A stretch of DNA of 64,000 bases from NCBI GenBank assembly GCA_012295275.1, contig CM022679.1, positions 4,402,001 through 4,466,000 on the forward strand, written 5' to 3'. Below, in pieces: positions 1-54,657 of the stretch. The notes beneath the pieces are model-generated. The model made no database searches, was not told the DNA's origin, and saw only the letters and a list, made by a program, of their open reading frames with translations. A program made the translations under genes and the position numbers. Origin of the DNA: Chrysomallon squamiferum. Its lineage: Eukaryota > Animalia > Mollusca. Every line of letters starts with the position of its first letter. Within the stretch, counting starts at the first letter, position 1.

Positions 1-65
1 TGTCCGTTCTTTCCGTCTTGACAACACTTTAAATATTCATATGAACAAACATGTATACAGACACA

Positions 66-103
<38 letters not shown>

Positions 104-156
104 CATTCAGATTTTACAGTAGAAGATCAATGTTAACAATAGAAGATTATTGGCAA

Positions 157-157
<1 letters not shown>

Positions 158-229
<72 letters not shown>

Positions 230-273
230 GTTGTTGTTGTTGTTGTTGTTATTATTATTGTTGTTGTTGTTGT
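158..273. repeat. (ATT)n/(GTT)n microsatellite
   Basis: Direct reading; representative of many AAT tracts in the window. Confidence 0.97.
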
Positions 274-714
274 TATATTTTAAAATTAATTTACACACAC
301 TATGTGTGTGTTTTTTTATCCCAGAGACTGAAAACAGCGAAGCATTGTCACATATTGTTCCAACACGTTTTTCCTCGATTCTTCCTTTAGGTACCATTCG
401 TTGAAACAGGTCAAACTTTACTAAATTGATTTCGCTTAATCTCTTTAAAAACGGTCGCTGTTAGATTTAATCTTGCTGGGTGTCAGTCAACTTCGCACTT
501 GGTAATAATGATTTTGATTATTTTATAAATTCATTACTAAAAGCTTTCATTTTTTTTTTTTTTTTTTTCATTTTTTTTTTTTTTTTTCATGTGAATTGAT
601 AGAGTATTTCTACGATAAAAATAAAATCGATCGGGTGCTTTTGTTTCATTTGTAATAATTTGTTTTGTTTGTTGCCTGTTTTCTGCATCTTAGAAAGAAA
701 GAGACTGAAAAAAG

Positions 715-798
<84 letters not shown>

Positions 799-1189
799 AT
801 TGTATTTTATTGTTGTCTTTGTTTAATATACATATATATACACACTCATGTAAGTCTGTATTCATGAAAGTGATATATTTACATCTAATTATCGTTTTGG
901 GAGTAAATTGGAAAACAAATTAAGGGAGGCAATACACGTAATGTATTTCCTACCGTTCTTGGAGTTATCTCATACTGATTTAAATTTGGAAAACCATACT
1001 CCTATTAAATAATATCACTGAGTTCGCACTGGTCTCACCACTTAATCACTAGACTATGCAAGAAAGGCATCAGCAATGATTTAAGCCCAATATTACAAAA
1101 TTGTGTACTTTTGAAATTAGTATAAGTATTATTCCGGTAAGGTCCAGATTTCTGTCACCAATTTTTATTATCATTATTATTATTATTAT

Positions 1190-1220
<31 letters not shown>

Positions 1221-1575
1221 GACAGTTTGATCAGTTTTAAGGTCAAATTCGTGGTTTTGAAGCTCCTAGTATACAAAACCTATATTGCATATCTTATACA
1301 CATATTAACTTCTCAGCAGTAATTAAGCAGCATATAAAATACTGGAGATGTAGTTCACGGCACAGTATTTCAACATCCAAGAAGTCATTATTATCTGAGA
1401 AAATAATTAACTATTGATTGCAGATTACCTTCCCAGTTTATTATTACTGCTACGAAAACGAAATGAAGGATTACCTTGCTTCACACATTTGGCCGAATGT
1501 AGGTTAAATAATTTCAGGGATAAACTGTATTAAACTGAAATTAACAAAAGAAGAAGAAAAAAAAAAAAAGAATCG

Positions 1576-1776
1576 TTACTGATCACAATTCAGAAATCTC
1601 ACTGATTATGATTTGAGTATTACGGGGTATACAAAGACTTGATGGAATATAGAAGATTATGGTTTTGCTTTTGCGGTGAAAGTACACGCAGTACGTACAT
1701 TATAACTTGTCAGTAAAAGAGATTTATAATTATGGTAGGAGTGAATTTGATCTCTACAACAATAACAACAACAACA

Positions 1777-1829
<53 letters not shown>

Positions 1830-1830
1830 T
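1576..1830 (+). repeat. Dispersed repeat, copy A (paired with 59488-59740)
   Basis: TTACTGATCACAaTTCAGAAATCTCA...CTTGATGGAATATAGA...AAAGTACACGCAGT...CTTGTCAGTAAA...ATTTGATC, then an (AAC/AAT)n tail. Confidence 0.85.
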
Positions 1831-2684
1831 AATAAATAAATAAACACAAAAAAATGATCGTCACTTAAGTTCTAATATATATAGCTATGCAATTCGTATA
1901 CTGTCAAATATAAGACGTTGCTGAACAAATACATAAATATCGGAATAACTCTGTTTTCCACTGAGAAATCGTAGTTATCTCCCTTCCATGAACAACTTGT
2001 AAAAATTGTGTTCGTTCGGCTGTTTTCGTCCTCTGTGACAGTAACTCATAACCCTGACAACTTTATTATTTGTATCGAGCGCAGTCATAAGGATGATATT
2101 CTAACCTTGTGCATTTTTCATTGTACGTGTCTACGTGTGTCTGAACACGTGCATATTAATATATATCATTCTATGTCCGTATGTATGTATACATGTATGT
2201 GTGTTAAATACTGTTTCATGAACTGAACAGATTATGTCATCGTTTCCTTCGAATCTGCAGCAGTTTCGATAAAGCGACAGTAACATACTAAACAAAAATA
2301 TGCAATATTAGAAAACTGGATTTTTACGATTACGTTTAAACAGGACAAAGGTCACTATCTAAATCATCATCATCATCATCATCATCACCTTCATTATCAT
2401 TTATTTCTTTATTATTTCTTTATTTATTATTTCTTTATTTATTTATTAATTATTTATATATTACTACTACTAGCACTGTTGTTTTTGATGATGATGTTGC
2501 TGCTGTTATATTATTATTATTATTATTGTTGTTATTGTGAGAATTAGTACAAATGATACCAACGGACTGTTTCCCGTTCCAGCCAGTATCCCATGAAAGA
2601 AAGAGGTGTGTGTTATGTTTCTGTACTTAGATTTCTGGTTGATAATAGAAAAACGGGACACCGGATTTTCTTTCTATTGTCGTA

Positions 2685-2739
<55 letters not shown>

Positions 2740-3556
2740 CATCATCATTTATATAATGAAGTTTCTACATAAAGTCAAAAATGACCCATAAATAAATTCT
2801 TAAGCTGCTTTGTATGCAGTCACAAAATACGTAATCTGTATTCAACTGTAATTTTCCGAGATAATAAACCTGCTTGTTTGTTTTGAGTTTCGTCTGATTA
2901 TTGCAATCTTAAGAAACGAGAAAACGAAATCTCGTTTTAATGTATACAGTAAAAACGACTGCTATTAAATTAAACGCATAGTAAGACTCATCTTCATAAA
3001 ACTACACTAGAATTATTGCAGCATGTTTTCCTTCAGATGTCACTGGGAAATGACGTAATAAATGTCTGCGTTTAAACTTGATACTGCATTTTTCAGCCCA
3101 CATTCGAATTTGTTACTTATACTGTTGTATTTAAATAAGTCATTATCTAGTAGAAGATTCATAACAGAATAAATTCTTGTAATTCGTATCTACAGTGATA
3201 CGAACAAAAAAAGCCTAAATGTCAATATATGAATGTATCAGTGTTTCTCAATGATAACTATGGAAATGAAACAGCATTTAGGAAAGCGGTAAAAAATTGA
3301 TTGATTATCGGTTCTTGTTGTTATTATTCGGCACTGTTATTTTTGTTGTAGTTGTTATTATTCGTATCGCTGTCGTTGATGTTGTCATCATGACATTCAT
3401 CATCATCATCATGAACATCAACATGATAAACATCATTATTATTATTATTATCATTATTATTATTCTTTTATTATCATCATCTTTATTATTATTAATATTA
3501 TTATTATCATCATCATCATTATTTTTGTTATTATTATCATCATTATTATCATCATC

Positions 3557-3623
<67 letters not shown>

Positions 3624-4046
3624 GTGCTATTATTATTATTAAAAAAAAAAGAAAAAAAGAAAAGAAAAAAAGACTGTTATTAATTATTCTGCATCGGTGA
3701 GTCCTGATCGAAGAATGACAAAACCTCAGATTCGACAGCCATATCAATACGTCGAACCTTTGATTTAGTTTCTTTTTCGCCGTATATCTGTAGATAAATT
3801 TAGTTTTATAATCATTACACAGTCAATAGAGAGATAATTCTATCATAAAGCAAACATCAAGAACAGTTTTATTGATCTGCACGGTTATGACATTAAAACA
3901 TGTTCTTGATCTTTTTGAAGTTCAGTGATGGAAGCGTGTTTCTGAAAAAAAAAAAAAATATTAACTGTACTTTGTCATCATGAATTAACAATATTTATTA
4001 TCATTATTTATTATTAATTTATTAATTAATTTATTTATTATTATTC

Positions 4047-4102
<56 letters not shown>

Positions 4103-4178
4103 TACTTATTTATTTATTAATTTTATTTTACGTGTTTACATTTTTTTTTTTTTTTTTTTTTTTAATTTTCTATTGATT

Positions 4179-4245
<67 letters not shown>

Positions 4246-4948
4246 TTTCTTCTTTTTTAAGATACAGTTTTGTTATATTATTTTATAGAAAACAAATGTA
4301 ACCTTTCACACAAACAAAAAATTATTATACGAGGGTTTTTTTTATTTTTTATTTTTTTATTATTATTATTTTTTTTTATTTTTTATTTTTTATCCATCTC
4401 TCTCCAGACTCTTGCAAAATTCAATAAGGATGATAAAAATGAACACAATGATTTCAGAAACAATGATGAAACTCGATATGCTTTTGACGGCTTTAGAAAA
4501 AAAAAAAAAATGGAAAAGTGCTTTAGAAATAATAACTGAAAGGCATATCATGTCTCAGCAGTAATTTTGATTAAATCAAAAGAGGATATCAATTCCTTTT
4601 CTGAGTGATGGACAATAATAAAAAAAAAGGTTTCAAGTACCAAAAGAAAATATAATAATAATAAAAATAAATGTAATAACACTTCAGATTGTACAATGAG
4701 TTTGTACTCGAACACGCATTATTTTGTTTAATATAGCTTTGCGATTTGAATGGGCTATATGATTTTTTCTGAAAACATATCCTAAAGACCTACAAATGTT
4801 TCATTAAAGTAAAACGTTTCGAAACATTTTGATTAATTTTTGTAGCATTAAAGATACATCGATTAGTGATTAAAAAAAACAACTTTTGCGAATACCAGTA
4901 AAATAGGAATTTTAGAATTACAGAGAAAATGTTCCAAAATTTTGCATA

Positions 4949-4993
<45 letters not shown>

Positions 4994-5135
4994 GTATGTA
5001 TGTATTTATGTATGTATGTAGTTATGTATGTATGTATGCATATATTTTATGTGTGTTTTGTGAGCATGTGAAATAGAAAAGAGAGAAAGACAGACAGAGA
5101 GAGGGAGGGACAGAGAGAGAGACGAGAGAAAGAGA

Positions 5136-5276
<141 letters not shown>

Positions 5277-6283
5277 CTCTGTATTTCAGTGTTTTGTGTT
5301 GATCAGTTAATACTGTTTCATTTCAAGTACATGTTTTTAAGTACATGTCTCTATCTGATTAAGGCAACAAAGTACACCCTTGATGCGAAAAGCACAATTC
5401 ATTATTATTTATTTATTTAATATATATATATTTTTTTAATCTCCAAATCAAACACGCTCTTCAGTGATATCAAGCGAGAAAAACTGATAGTTGTCGCTGC
5501 TGTTGCAAAAAAGATGAAATGTTGACCATCTTTAATATATCTCTGTTTGTCTTTTGTTAGCACGAATTTCAGCCTGAACAGTTATTAAACACAAAATATC
5601 GAATTACGTGTTGTCATTTTTCTGTCGCAGTGATTCTGCTTTAGTCTCAGACAAAAGAGAAATCTATTCTCAGAGTTTCAATTATTGATAAACAGATGAC
5701 AGCTTTTGTTTACTTCTTTCTTTTTTCTTTTTTTTTTTTTCCTTTTTCAATCTTCTTTTTATTGCAGTGATTTATTTCAGACAAATCCATTCCCATAGCG
5801 TTCAGCATTGTTAATTACAAATCTTACGTGAGTTACAACATTATAGTCCGGGGGAAAAAAAAAAATAATTCCAGGGCCGAATCTGATATAAACAAAAGGC
5901 CGGGGATGGTAGGACACAAATAAATGAAACATTGGCGTGTTTCGAGTTGTGCAGGCAACGAAGCAGTCTTGTCCCTCTAACGTGGCTGTTTTGATTGCGT
6001 TGACAAAGTTACGTAAACGTGGCTGCATTTCCGATTACACGGGGAAATCGGAATCGTTGATGTAACCAGGGTTCAGGCGTGTATTTCCACCCACAGTCCA
6101 CGCCCTTGGTTTCTGCTGCTGTTGTTGTGAATGATGCAGTTTGTAGCATGTATGTGAAAGAAACGTGAATGTCCTTTATAATTAATCGCCGTTCCTCGTT
6201 TGTAATGAAAGACGTGAAAAGACTTCGAGGACTAAAATGTCAATACGTCGGTCCCTGAACAAAGTGCTTGTTGTGTCTTTTAC

Positions 6284-6337
<54 letters not shown>

Positions 6338-6774
6338 CATCATCATCATCATCATTCATTTAAGATTAAACAACCAGAAACAAAATGTTGATTAACGTTG
6401 CCTATATTTCCATTTCACAAAAACAAAATAAAAATTTCACTTATTTCAACACGAACTAAACGATGATAAAGATTTGAAAATTGCTTGAAATGTATTCTGT
6501 GATTATTCAGTTAATAACATTAATTAAAATCGCCGAATAAGTTTGCATCACGTATGTTAATAACATACACGCATTTATGTACGTGCTTGCGTACGAGTTT
6601 GTTTCTGCGTATGTGTACGCGCGTTGTTTCCGTGTGTGTGTGTGTGTGTGTGCGTTTTGGTTGCCTGTGACTGTTTCACTATAAACATTTCGCTTCTAGA
6701 ACTTTAGCTTACAGAAACTTTAATGAACAGCAATTATCTGCTATTTATTAAGAGTTTGGCGCTCCGACTTTTGT

Positions 6775-6870
6775 CGAAAACGGGAAACTGGCACGAAGTG
6801 GTACCAACGAGGCTTGATCCAGAGACGCTTAGCATCTCGAGCGAGTGAATGCGTTTGTAAGCTCAGGCGG
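6775..6870 (-). mobile_element. Degenerate tRNA-derived SINE-like fragment
   Basis: Minus strand has a B-box-like GGATCAAGCCTCG followed by TTTCCCGTTTTCG, the core shared with the other copies. Confidence 0.4.
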
Positions 6871-7375
6871 ATCTGGTCACGGTTGATCAACCACAAGTTT
6901 TATTTATAATTTATTATTATGACGACTTGCAGACGTTTGAGCGTTTTCGTGTCCCAGAGGAATCAAAGTGTAAAAGGGAATCTGTTTCTTTGTTGTGAAG
7001 AATTAATTAATGAGCATGCGCAAACAGAACCAGTTTTAAAATGCAACTCATTGGATTCCCGTTCTGTTTAATCAAGAACTGATCAGAGCGCTAATGGGAA
7101 TTTTCATTGATATAATTTTCAGTTAAATGAAATATAATGATCGGGTTTCAGAAATAATAATTATATTCCTATTAATATATACCGCGATATGTTTATCGAA
7201 TCTATTTTTTGTTTCAGTATTATTAATATTGTTATTGTTGTTGTTGTATGTTGTTATTGTTGTGTCGTCATCATCATTATTATCGTTATCATGATAATGA
7301 TAATAATAATAATATGGTGATAATAATGATAATAATATTAAAAATTATTGTAATTATCATCATTGTCATCCACAT

Positions 7376-7419
<44 letters not shown>

Positions 7420-7436
7420 TACTATTATTGTTGTTG

Positions 7437-7518
<82 letters not shown>

Positions 7519-8011
7519 GTTAAGTTACTGAGTAAACATGAAATATAAACTTTTAAAATTATACAAATTTCGTTGATGTTTGGTGATTCAAAATTTAGTT
7601 ATAGCTTTTCAATATGGGATTTTTTGATGCAGAAATTAACATTCGGCCGATATGGAATTATATAAAATATAGTAAAGGCCATATCATCATCATAAAAATA
7701 TAGTAAAATAGTTTCAATAAATGTTTATAATTTTTATTTTTTTTTTTTTTTTTTTTTTTTATATTATATAATAGTCCTTTTTTTTAAATTTAAAATTTTA
7801 ATTTTTTTCCCCGTTTTTTTAAAGCATATTTAAATTGTTGTTACAAAGACATTAATACAGTGGTTATTTATTATATTTACAACATTCATAAGTGCATATA
7901 TAAATAAGTCTACAAAAATAAATTTTATATTTGATTTATTCAAAATTAGACGGAACCGAATAATTGTATGTACAAATCTGAGGACAGAAACGCATACACA
8001 CATACGCACAC

Positions 8012-8078
<67 letters not shown>

Positions 8079-9073
8079 CACACACATATATATACATAGA
8101 TATAACATATAGTTTATTTTACAGATTACTACACATAGCAATATAAATTTCATGATTATAAATTTAGCTAGGTACCAGGTATTTTATGTTTGACTGTTTT
8201 TGAAATATTTTATGAATATTCATAAACAAAACATTCCAGGTAGCTAAGTATTGCGAATTAATTGATGTGTTATAATAAAACTTTCTGTAGTATACAAAGT
8301 AATATAATGAATTAGATGACCCAGTATATGTTATATTTCTCTGATGATAATGTTCTATCATCAATTTAAAATTATGCATGGTTTTTATACGTATATCCTT
8401 CTGTATTTATTTATTTTAATGTATGTATGTATGTGTGTGTGTATGTATATATTTATATAATATATAAGCATGTATGTTTGTAATTATGTATGTATGTATG
8501 TATGTATATAAATGTATATATGTGTGTATACGTACGAACTATGTCTATTAATGTATTTGTCTATTTATGTGTGTGTATGTGTCTGCCTATATTCGCTTAT
8601 CCATATTTATTTTATATATAAATTAATCTTTTTTAAAAGAAAAGAAATTCTATAGTATAATGCATATTGATAAATGAACATCTGACTATAAAAGATAATG
8701 TATTTACTATAGTACTGGCATATATTTTTCTCTTTTTTTAAGTTTTTTTTTTTTTTTTTTTTTTTCATTTTTGGTTTTTGAATTTCACCATGTATATATG
8801 CTTGATTCTACAATAATATATTGTGGATAGGGAAAAGATAAGAATGAAAATGGTTGGAGGATTTTTACAAGTTGGGAGATAGAGAAACGAAAGTAGATAC
8901 AAGTGCGTTAGGTCCAGTGAACGAAAAGAAGAAATTAGTGAGAAAACTAAGGAAAGAAGAACGAAATTAAGAAGTGTATGATGGACGAAATCGGACTTCC
9001 GTAAGAACAAAACTCTGCTAAATGTTATAAAGTACGGCTATCTAGGGCAAAAATGTGAAAATAGTAAACTTGA

Positions 9074-9121
9074 TTTATTTGAATATTTACAACTGTTACA
9101 ACCGTTATTTCGTTATGTACA
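9074..9121 (-). promoter_or_regulatory. Putative 3' end signals: two Pumilio-type elements and AATAAA
   Basis: Minus strand shows TGTACATA (9121-9114), TGTAAATA (9091-9084) and AATAAA (9079-9074), followed by T-rich sequence, about 330 nt after the stop codon. Confidence 0.45.
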
Positions 9122-9405
9122 AAACCTTTATATATCTATACTGTACATCATTTATACACCATTTTTTGTACATATGATGTCATCAAGAGTTTTTTTTTTT
9201 TTTTTTCTCAACAACATTTCTTTATTTTTATCCCGTAACAAAACACAGAAACAGAAGCATTATTAATGTTAGTTTCCCAAACACACGCACTCTCTGACCG
9301 TCTTGATAAGACCAGCAGATTTGAATATGCATAACAGATAACAGCACGCACTGACAGCATAAACTGGAATTCTTCAAACGGGTCGACGTCTGGGGTAACG
9401 GCGCC

Positions 9406-48498
<39,093 letters not shown>

Positions 48499-48672
48499 CG
48501 TCAGTAATATTTCACTCTTATATAGTCTCTCTACTCATTTCCATTTAACATGCAGTCTTTCTTGCGTGAATTCTACCATTTCCATCAGTTCGCCTCCGCC
48601 TTGAGTCCAACATTATCCCCACTGTTCAAACGATAAGGTAGCTCAGAGTTATATTTTGTACCAGAAGAAGAT
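48499..48672 (-). other. Putative 5' UTR part of exon 1a, with a splice acceptor at 48673-48674
   Basis: Pyrimidine tract plus CAG (tttctttatctgcag) upstream of the ATG, implying a further upstream non-coding exon. Confidence 0.45.
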
Positions 48673-49413
48673 CTGCAGATAAAGAAATCAAGATGATAAC
48701 ACAACAGCAAGTGAGATTTTTATACATCGTCGGTTATCTACAAGACACAGAGAAAAGGAAAAAAAACATGATAAAGTAGTTGCAAATAGTGAATTAACTT
48801 TTTTTTTTTTTTTTTTTTTTTAAATTTGTTAATAGTATTTTTAAACAATAAGAATTCTTCAAAAGTGACATTAAGATATCACGCGAAAGAAGATAACGTT
48901 TTACAGTCCTAAGATTGTCGTAAAAAGAAACGTAAAGTTTATAATATGAAACCCGGTTGATGGTTTTTTTTTAAATTAACCAATTCTGAAAAAAGAAAGG
49001 AAAACTGAAAATGTTAGCTTTCAATCAGACCATGTTTTATGAATTTTAAAATGTCGGAAAACATGACATAATAATAAGATAATTTCAAGTGATTTTTGTA
49101 ATTAAGAGAACTTAACAAAACAGAAGTAAAGAAATTTGAATGAAAGGATGTTCCAAGCAATTTTTTTTTTTATAATCCCCATAATTCTGAAAAACAAAAC
49201 TAAAGAGAAAGAAAATACGAAAAGTGTTGCAGGCAATCTTCAATCTTTCAAAGAAAAATCAAGAAAACAAACTGAAAACGTACTTCCAAGTGATATTTCA
49301 AAATAACAATTCTAAAATAAAAATAAAACAATGAAAATGTTATTCTAAACGGTATAATTCTTCAACACAATCTAATAGTTCTGAAAAAAAAAAAAAAGAT
49401 TTACTGAAATCCA

Positions 49414-49477
<64 letters not shown>

Positions 49478-49484
49478 GTAAAAA

Positions 49485-49534
<50 letters not shown>

Positions 49535-49636
49535 CAACAATAATAGTATAAAATAATAATAATAATAATAGTAATAATAACAGTAGTAATAGTAATAATA
49601 ATAATGATAATACTACTAATAATAATAAATATAACA

Positions 49637-49669
<33 letters not shown>

Positions 49670-50482
49670 TAACGACATCAAATGGAAAACGAATTATTAA
49701 TAAAGAAGCTTACAAAATAAAACTGGCTGAACACTGAGAATAAAATGGTGAGAGACAACAGAGCAGGTTTTGTGGGCGACTGAATCCAATGTGCTTATTT
49801 ATTTTGATCACTGATTCCTCAAGCATGCACTTGGGTTCAGATGTCTTCTTTCTGCTGCCAGATTTCATGATTGCAGCTATCGTTAAACACTCAAAACGTG
49901 ATCTTTAATCCTCACTAATCTCGGTGAGGAATCAGAGCAAACCCTCTATAGACGTGCTTTAAATCACAAAATCACTTTGTCTCTTCTCTTATTTCGTCTG
50001 TACCGCAAAGGAAAAGGTTTGTGTTATCTTATTGAAGCAAATGAATCTCGTATCTAACCGTAAAGCGTGACATTTGCTTAATTGCGGGTCGCGATTTCTT
50101 ATCAGCTTGGATGTATGTACAGTAGGTATATGTACCTAACTTGAATACGTATGTATACACAATCAGTCTCATTTATACGTGCACCCTTTTGCATACAGAC
50201 GTTCACACGTTGATATACATACGGTAAAATACATGAAATACGTGCTTGAATCATTTTTAAGCATAAAAACAAATAGATAGTCATCGTATTGCACTGATTT
50301 TCAAGGTTATGATGAAAAGTTTTCATTTTCGAAAACTTCCGACATAGACGAAAAAAGCAGTGAAAAATTGTAATAACATATATGTTTATTGGGTAGATTT
50401 AAAACGGCGATAACATTTATTATTCAGTACCAAGTTTCCTTTTAATTAAATATATTACTTTTATTCTTTATTTTAATCTAAT

Positions 50483-50513
<31 letters not shown>

Positions 50514-50596
50514 TTTTCATGTTTCATTTCTATTTAGCTAATTGATTGATTGTTTATTTATTTTCTGGCTGGCAAGATTGCTGTTTCTAATTTTTA

Positions 50597-50749
<153 letters not shown>

Positions 50750-51591
50750 TTATTATTATTACTATTATTTAAGTATTATTATTACTGTTGTTTTTTATTA
50801 TTATTATAAACTTCTTTTTTCTTTCTTTTTCTTTTTCTTTATTCTTTATTCTTTATTTGTTTTATTTTTAATTCTTTTTTCTTATTTTCTTTTTTCTTTA
50901 TATATATTTTTTTTTTCGACTGAACTCATTCAAATGTCAAACATAAATGAAAGTTGAAAATATTAATTTCTGTTTCCAAGTTCCACACCTGTTATTTTGT
51001 AACCGATACCCTCCCTCCACTCGCTAATTACTGTTTTCACATTTTACATTCTCGAATCACGTTTCCGTCTTAAATTATTTTCAAAACCACTTAGCTAGGA
51101 TATCCTGCCAGAAGCGCTTAATCTCTTCCCATTTAATTGTAATAATACTGTCGCAAACGTAAATCCGCCGTCTGATTCCACTGTGCTGTTGTACTCGATG
51201 TCTCTTCACTTTTCACTTACAAATGCGACTTGTTCCAGCGAAAGTTAGAAAAAGGTTGTTGTTAATTTTTTTTTTTTTTTCTTGTTTTGGTGGGGTTTTT
51301 TTTGGGGGGGTTTGGGGTGTTTTTTCTCTCTGAGGGTTTTATATATATATATATGTGTGTGTGTGTATGTATGTGTGTATGTATGTATGTATGTATGTAT
51401 GTATGTATGTATGTATGTATGTATGTATGTATGTATGTATGTATGTATGTATGTATCTGTGCATGATTGCATGGTTGAATACATGGATTTATGGATCTAT
51501 CTGTCTGTCTATCAATCTGTCTATCTATCTATCAATCCAGAAGTTAAAGAGAATATTAAAATAATGTTACAAATAATAATAATAATAATAA

Positions 51592-51622
<31 letters not shown>

Positions 51623-52338
51623 AAGAAGAAGAAGAAGAAGAAGAAGAAGAATCTAATAATAATAATAATAATAATAATAACATCACCAACAACAACAAGA
51701 ATTATTTATTTCTAGCAAGTTTTGTACATAGTATGACTTAAATTTGCTTCGTACATGTTGAAGAAAACTCTTCTTTTTGTTTACCTTCAGAATGTTCTAT
51801 GTTTAGTTAGTATTTACAAAAGAATGTCGCATCTTTCAATAACGATCACAGGCAACTGACAATACTATTACTAAAGGAGTAACCAAATCGATCCAAAAAT
51901 GAACATTTTTACCACATGAAATCGTAGGTGTAAAAAAATAAAAAATAAAATAAATAAAAATTCTAAATTGTCATTCGAATCCCCTGACATATAAAATATT
52001 TTAGGGGCAAATAAAAAAACGAAGTAAATAAATGCAGATTCAAATTACTGCTATGATGGTGATGTTATCGTTCAAGGGAAAATGACTCGTTATATTTTAT
52101 TGTTAATCTTCACAACTGGAAATTTCTGTAATATAACGGGCTTCATGAAGCAAAATATTCCAGCGTGAATTAGGTTTGCAGATTGGAACAATTTCCTTTA
52201 AAAGGGTTAGCTTTTCGAGTAGCTTTAACAATTCTAGGAAAAGTGCATGTTCTATTTATTCAACTGCTCATCATAAATTTAAAGACTTACAGACTGCAGG
52301 ATTGCGCCTTTGCTCCGGATTTTACTAAAAACAAAATA

Positions 52339-52482
<144 letters not shown>

Positions 52483-52951
52483 TTCTCTTCTCCTGCACTT
52501 TCTTCCCTATCTCTCTCTTTTATTATTTTGTTTTCATCACATACACTGATCCCCTGTTTAAAAATAAGATGAAAGTGGAACTCCTCTCAAGCTCTTAGTC
52601 TGTAGAGTTTGCACACTGCATTCTCATTTAGCGCTTAATTATTTAATTACACCTTTGACTCCATGCAGCTGTATTCCGAAAATATCGAATTAGTCTCATC
52701 GCTTTGGTTAGGAGATGTTTCAATCATCATTTTTCAGTGATCAGCTGTTTAATACATTTTGACAGCACGTTAAATATATATACACATGAATTAATGATAT
52801 ATGATAAATGTAAATGTGTATATGTATGTATATATGTGTGTGAGTGTATGTATCTATGTGAGTATATATGTATGTGTGTTTGTGTATGTGTTTGAATATA
52901 TTAATTATGCATGTATCATTGTACCTATTTATATGTTTGTGTCTGTGAGAA

Positions 52952-53061
<110 letters not shown>

Positions 53062-53479
53062 CAGAAAATAAAAATATATATAGATACAGAGAAAGACAGT
53101 TAGAGATAGGATAGATAACGGACGGCAGAAAACAAAACTAAAATGGAGACAGTTACAGAAAAGCATGGACAGGCAGACAAATACGCAAACATAGAATAAC
53201 CAAAACAGTCCTCTACTTTACAGTTGCACTCATAATACAGTGAAAAAGAAAACTGAATACGTACTATTCTCACATTACTTATATGTCATGACTGTGCATA
53301 GTTGTACGTAGTTTAATCACAAAAAACATAACAGACTGAGTGGTTTTATTACACAGCCGTGTTAAAGTATCATTGTTATATACAGATATAAATGTGTAAA
53401 TATGTAAATATAAACAGTAGTTAATGGCTCGCGTCCTAACAGTAAAATACTCTTATAAACCTTTAATATTTCTTTAATA

Positions 53480-53770
<291 letters not shown>

Positions 53771-54533
53771 CTATCCTTATCTATTTATGTCTCTTTCTTA
53801 CATTCTGTTTCCCTATATATAATTCTATACACTCAGACACATACATGTATGTGTATCTTTATCTGTATCTATTTATACTCTAAATATCTATCTATCTATC
53901 TGTCCAACTGTATATTTTTCTATCTGTATTTCTCTCTATCTATCTGTATATCTGTTTGTCCGTCTGTCTGTCTGTCTGTCTATCAGTCTTTATTTTCTCT
54001 TCCTTTCTGTCTCTCATTCTCATTCTTCACCGTTCTTTCTCTGTTTATAACTGTATACTTACATAGATGTGTCCTGTGTTGTTAACACACACTGGCAGAA
54101 TCCAGTATTCGTGTACTGTTTGTTAAACTGTATATCTGAGGCTTCATATAGTACTCTGACTGTAACGCCACGTTTTAGTTTCAACTACAGGCCTTTAGCT
54201 TAGTTTAAGACAGAAATGTGGTGCATTGCTAATGGAAAATACAGCAGCTGTATATCCCAGGTTAATTCTTTACTATGATACTCAACAGTTTGGTATGTTA
54301 AAACAAATTTCAAGAGCAATTCTTCCTGTTTTTGTTTATTTCAAATGATCAAAAAATATAAAACAAACAAATTGTCCAGCAGGAAAGAATTCAATGTTTT
54401 AACGTTTGGTGAAGATATTGAATTACTCTGTATATCACTCTGTTTGTTTGTCTTTGTCTTTGGTGTTAATGCTCTATTTCTCTGTTTATTTATCATTCTG
54501 TTTGTCATTCTTTAAATGATTCTACCATCTCTC

Positions 54534-54657
<124 letters not shown>

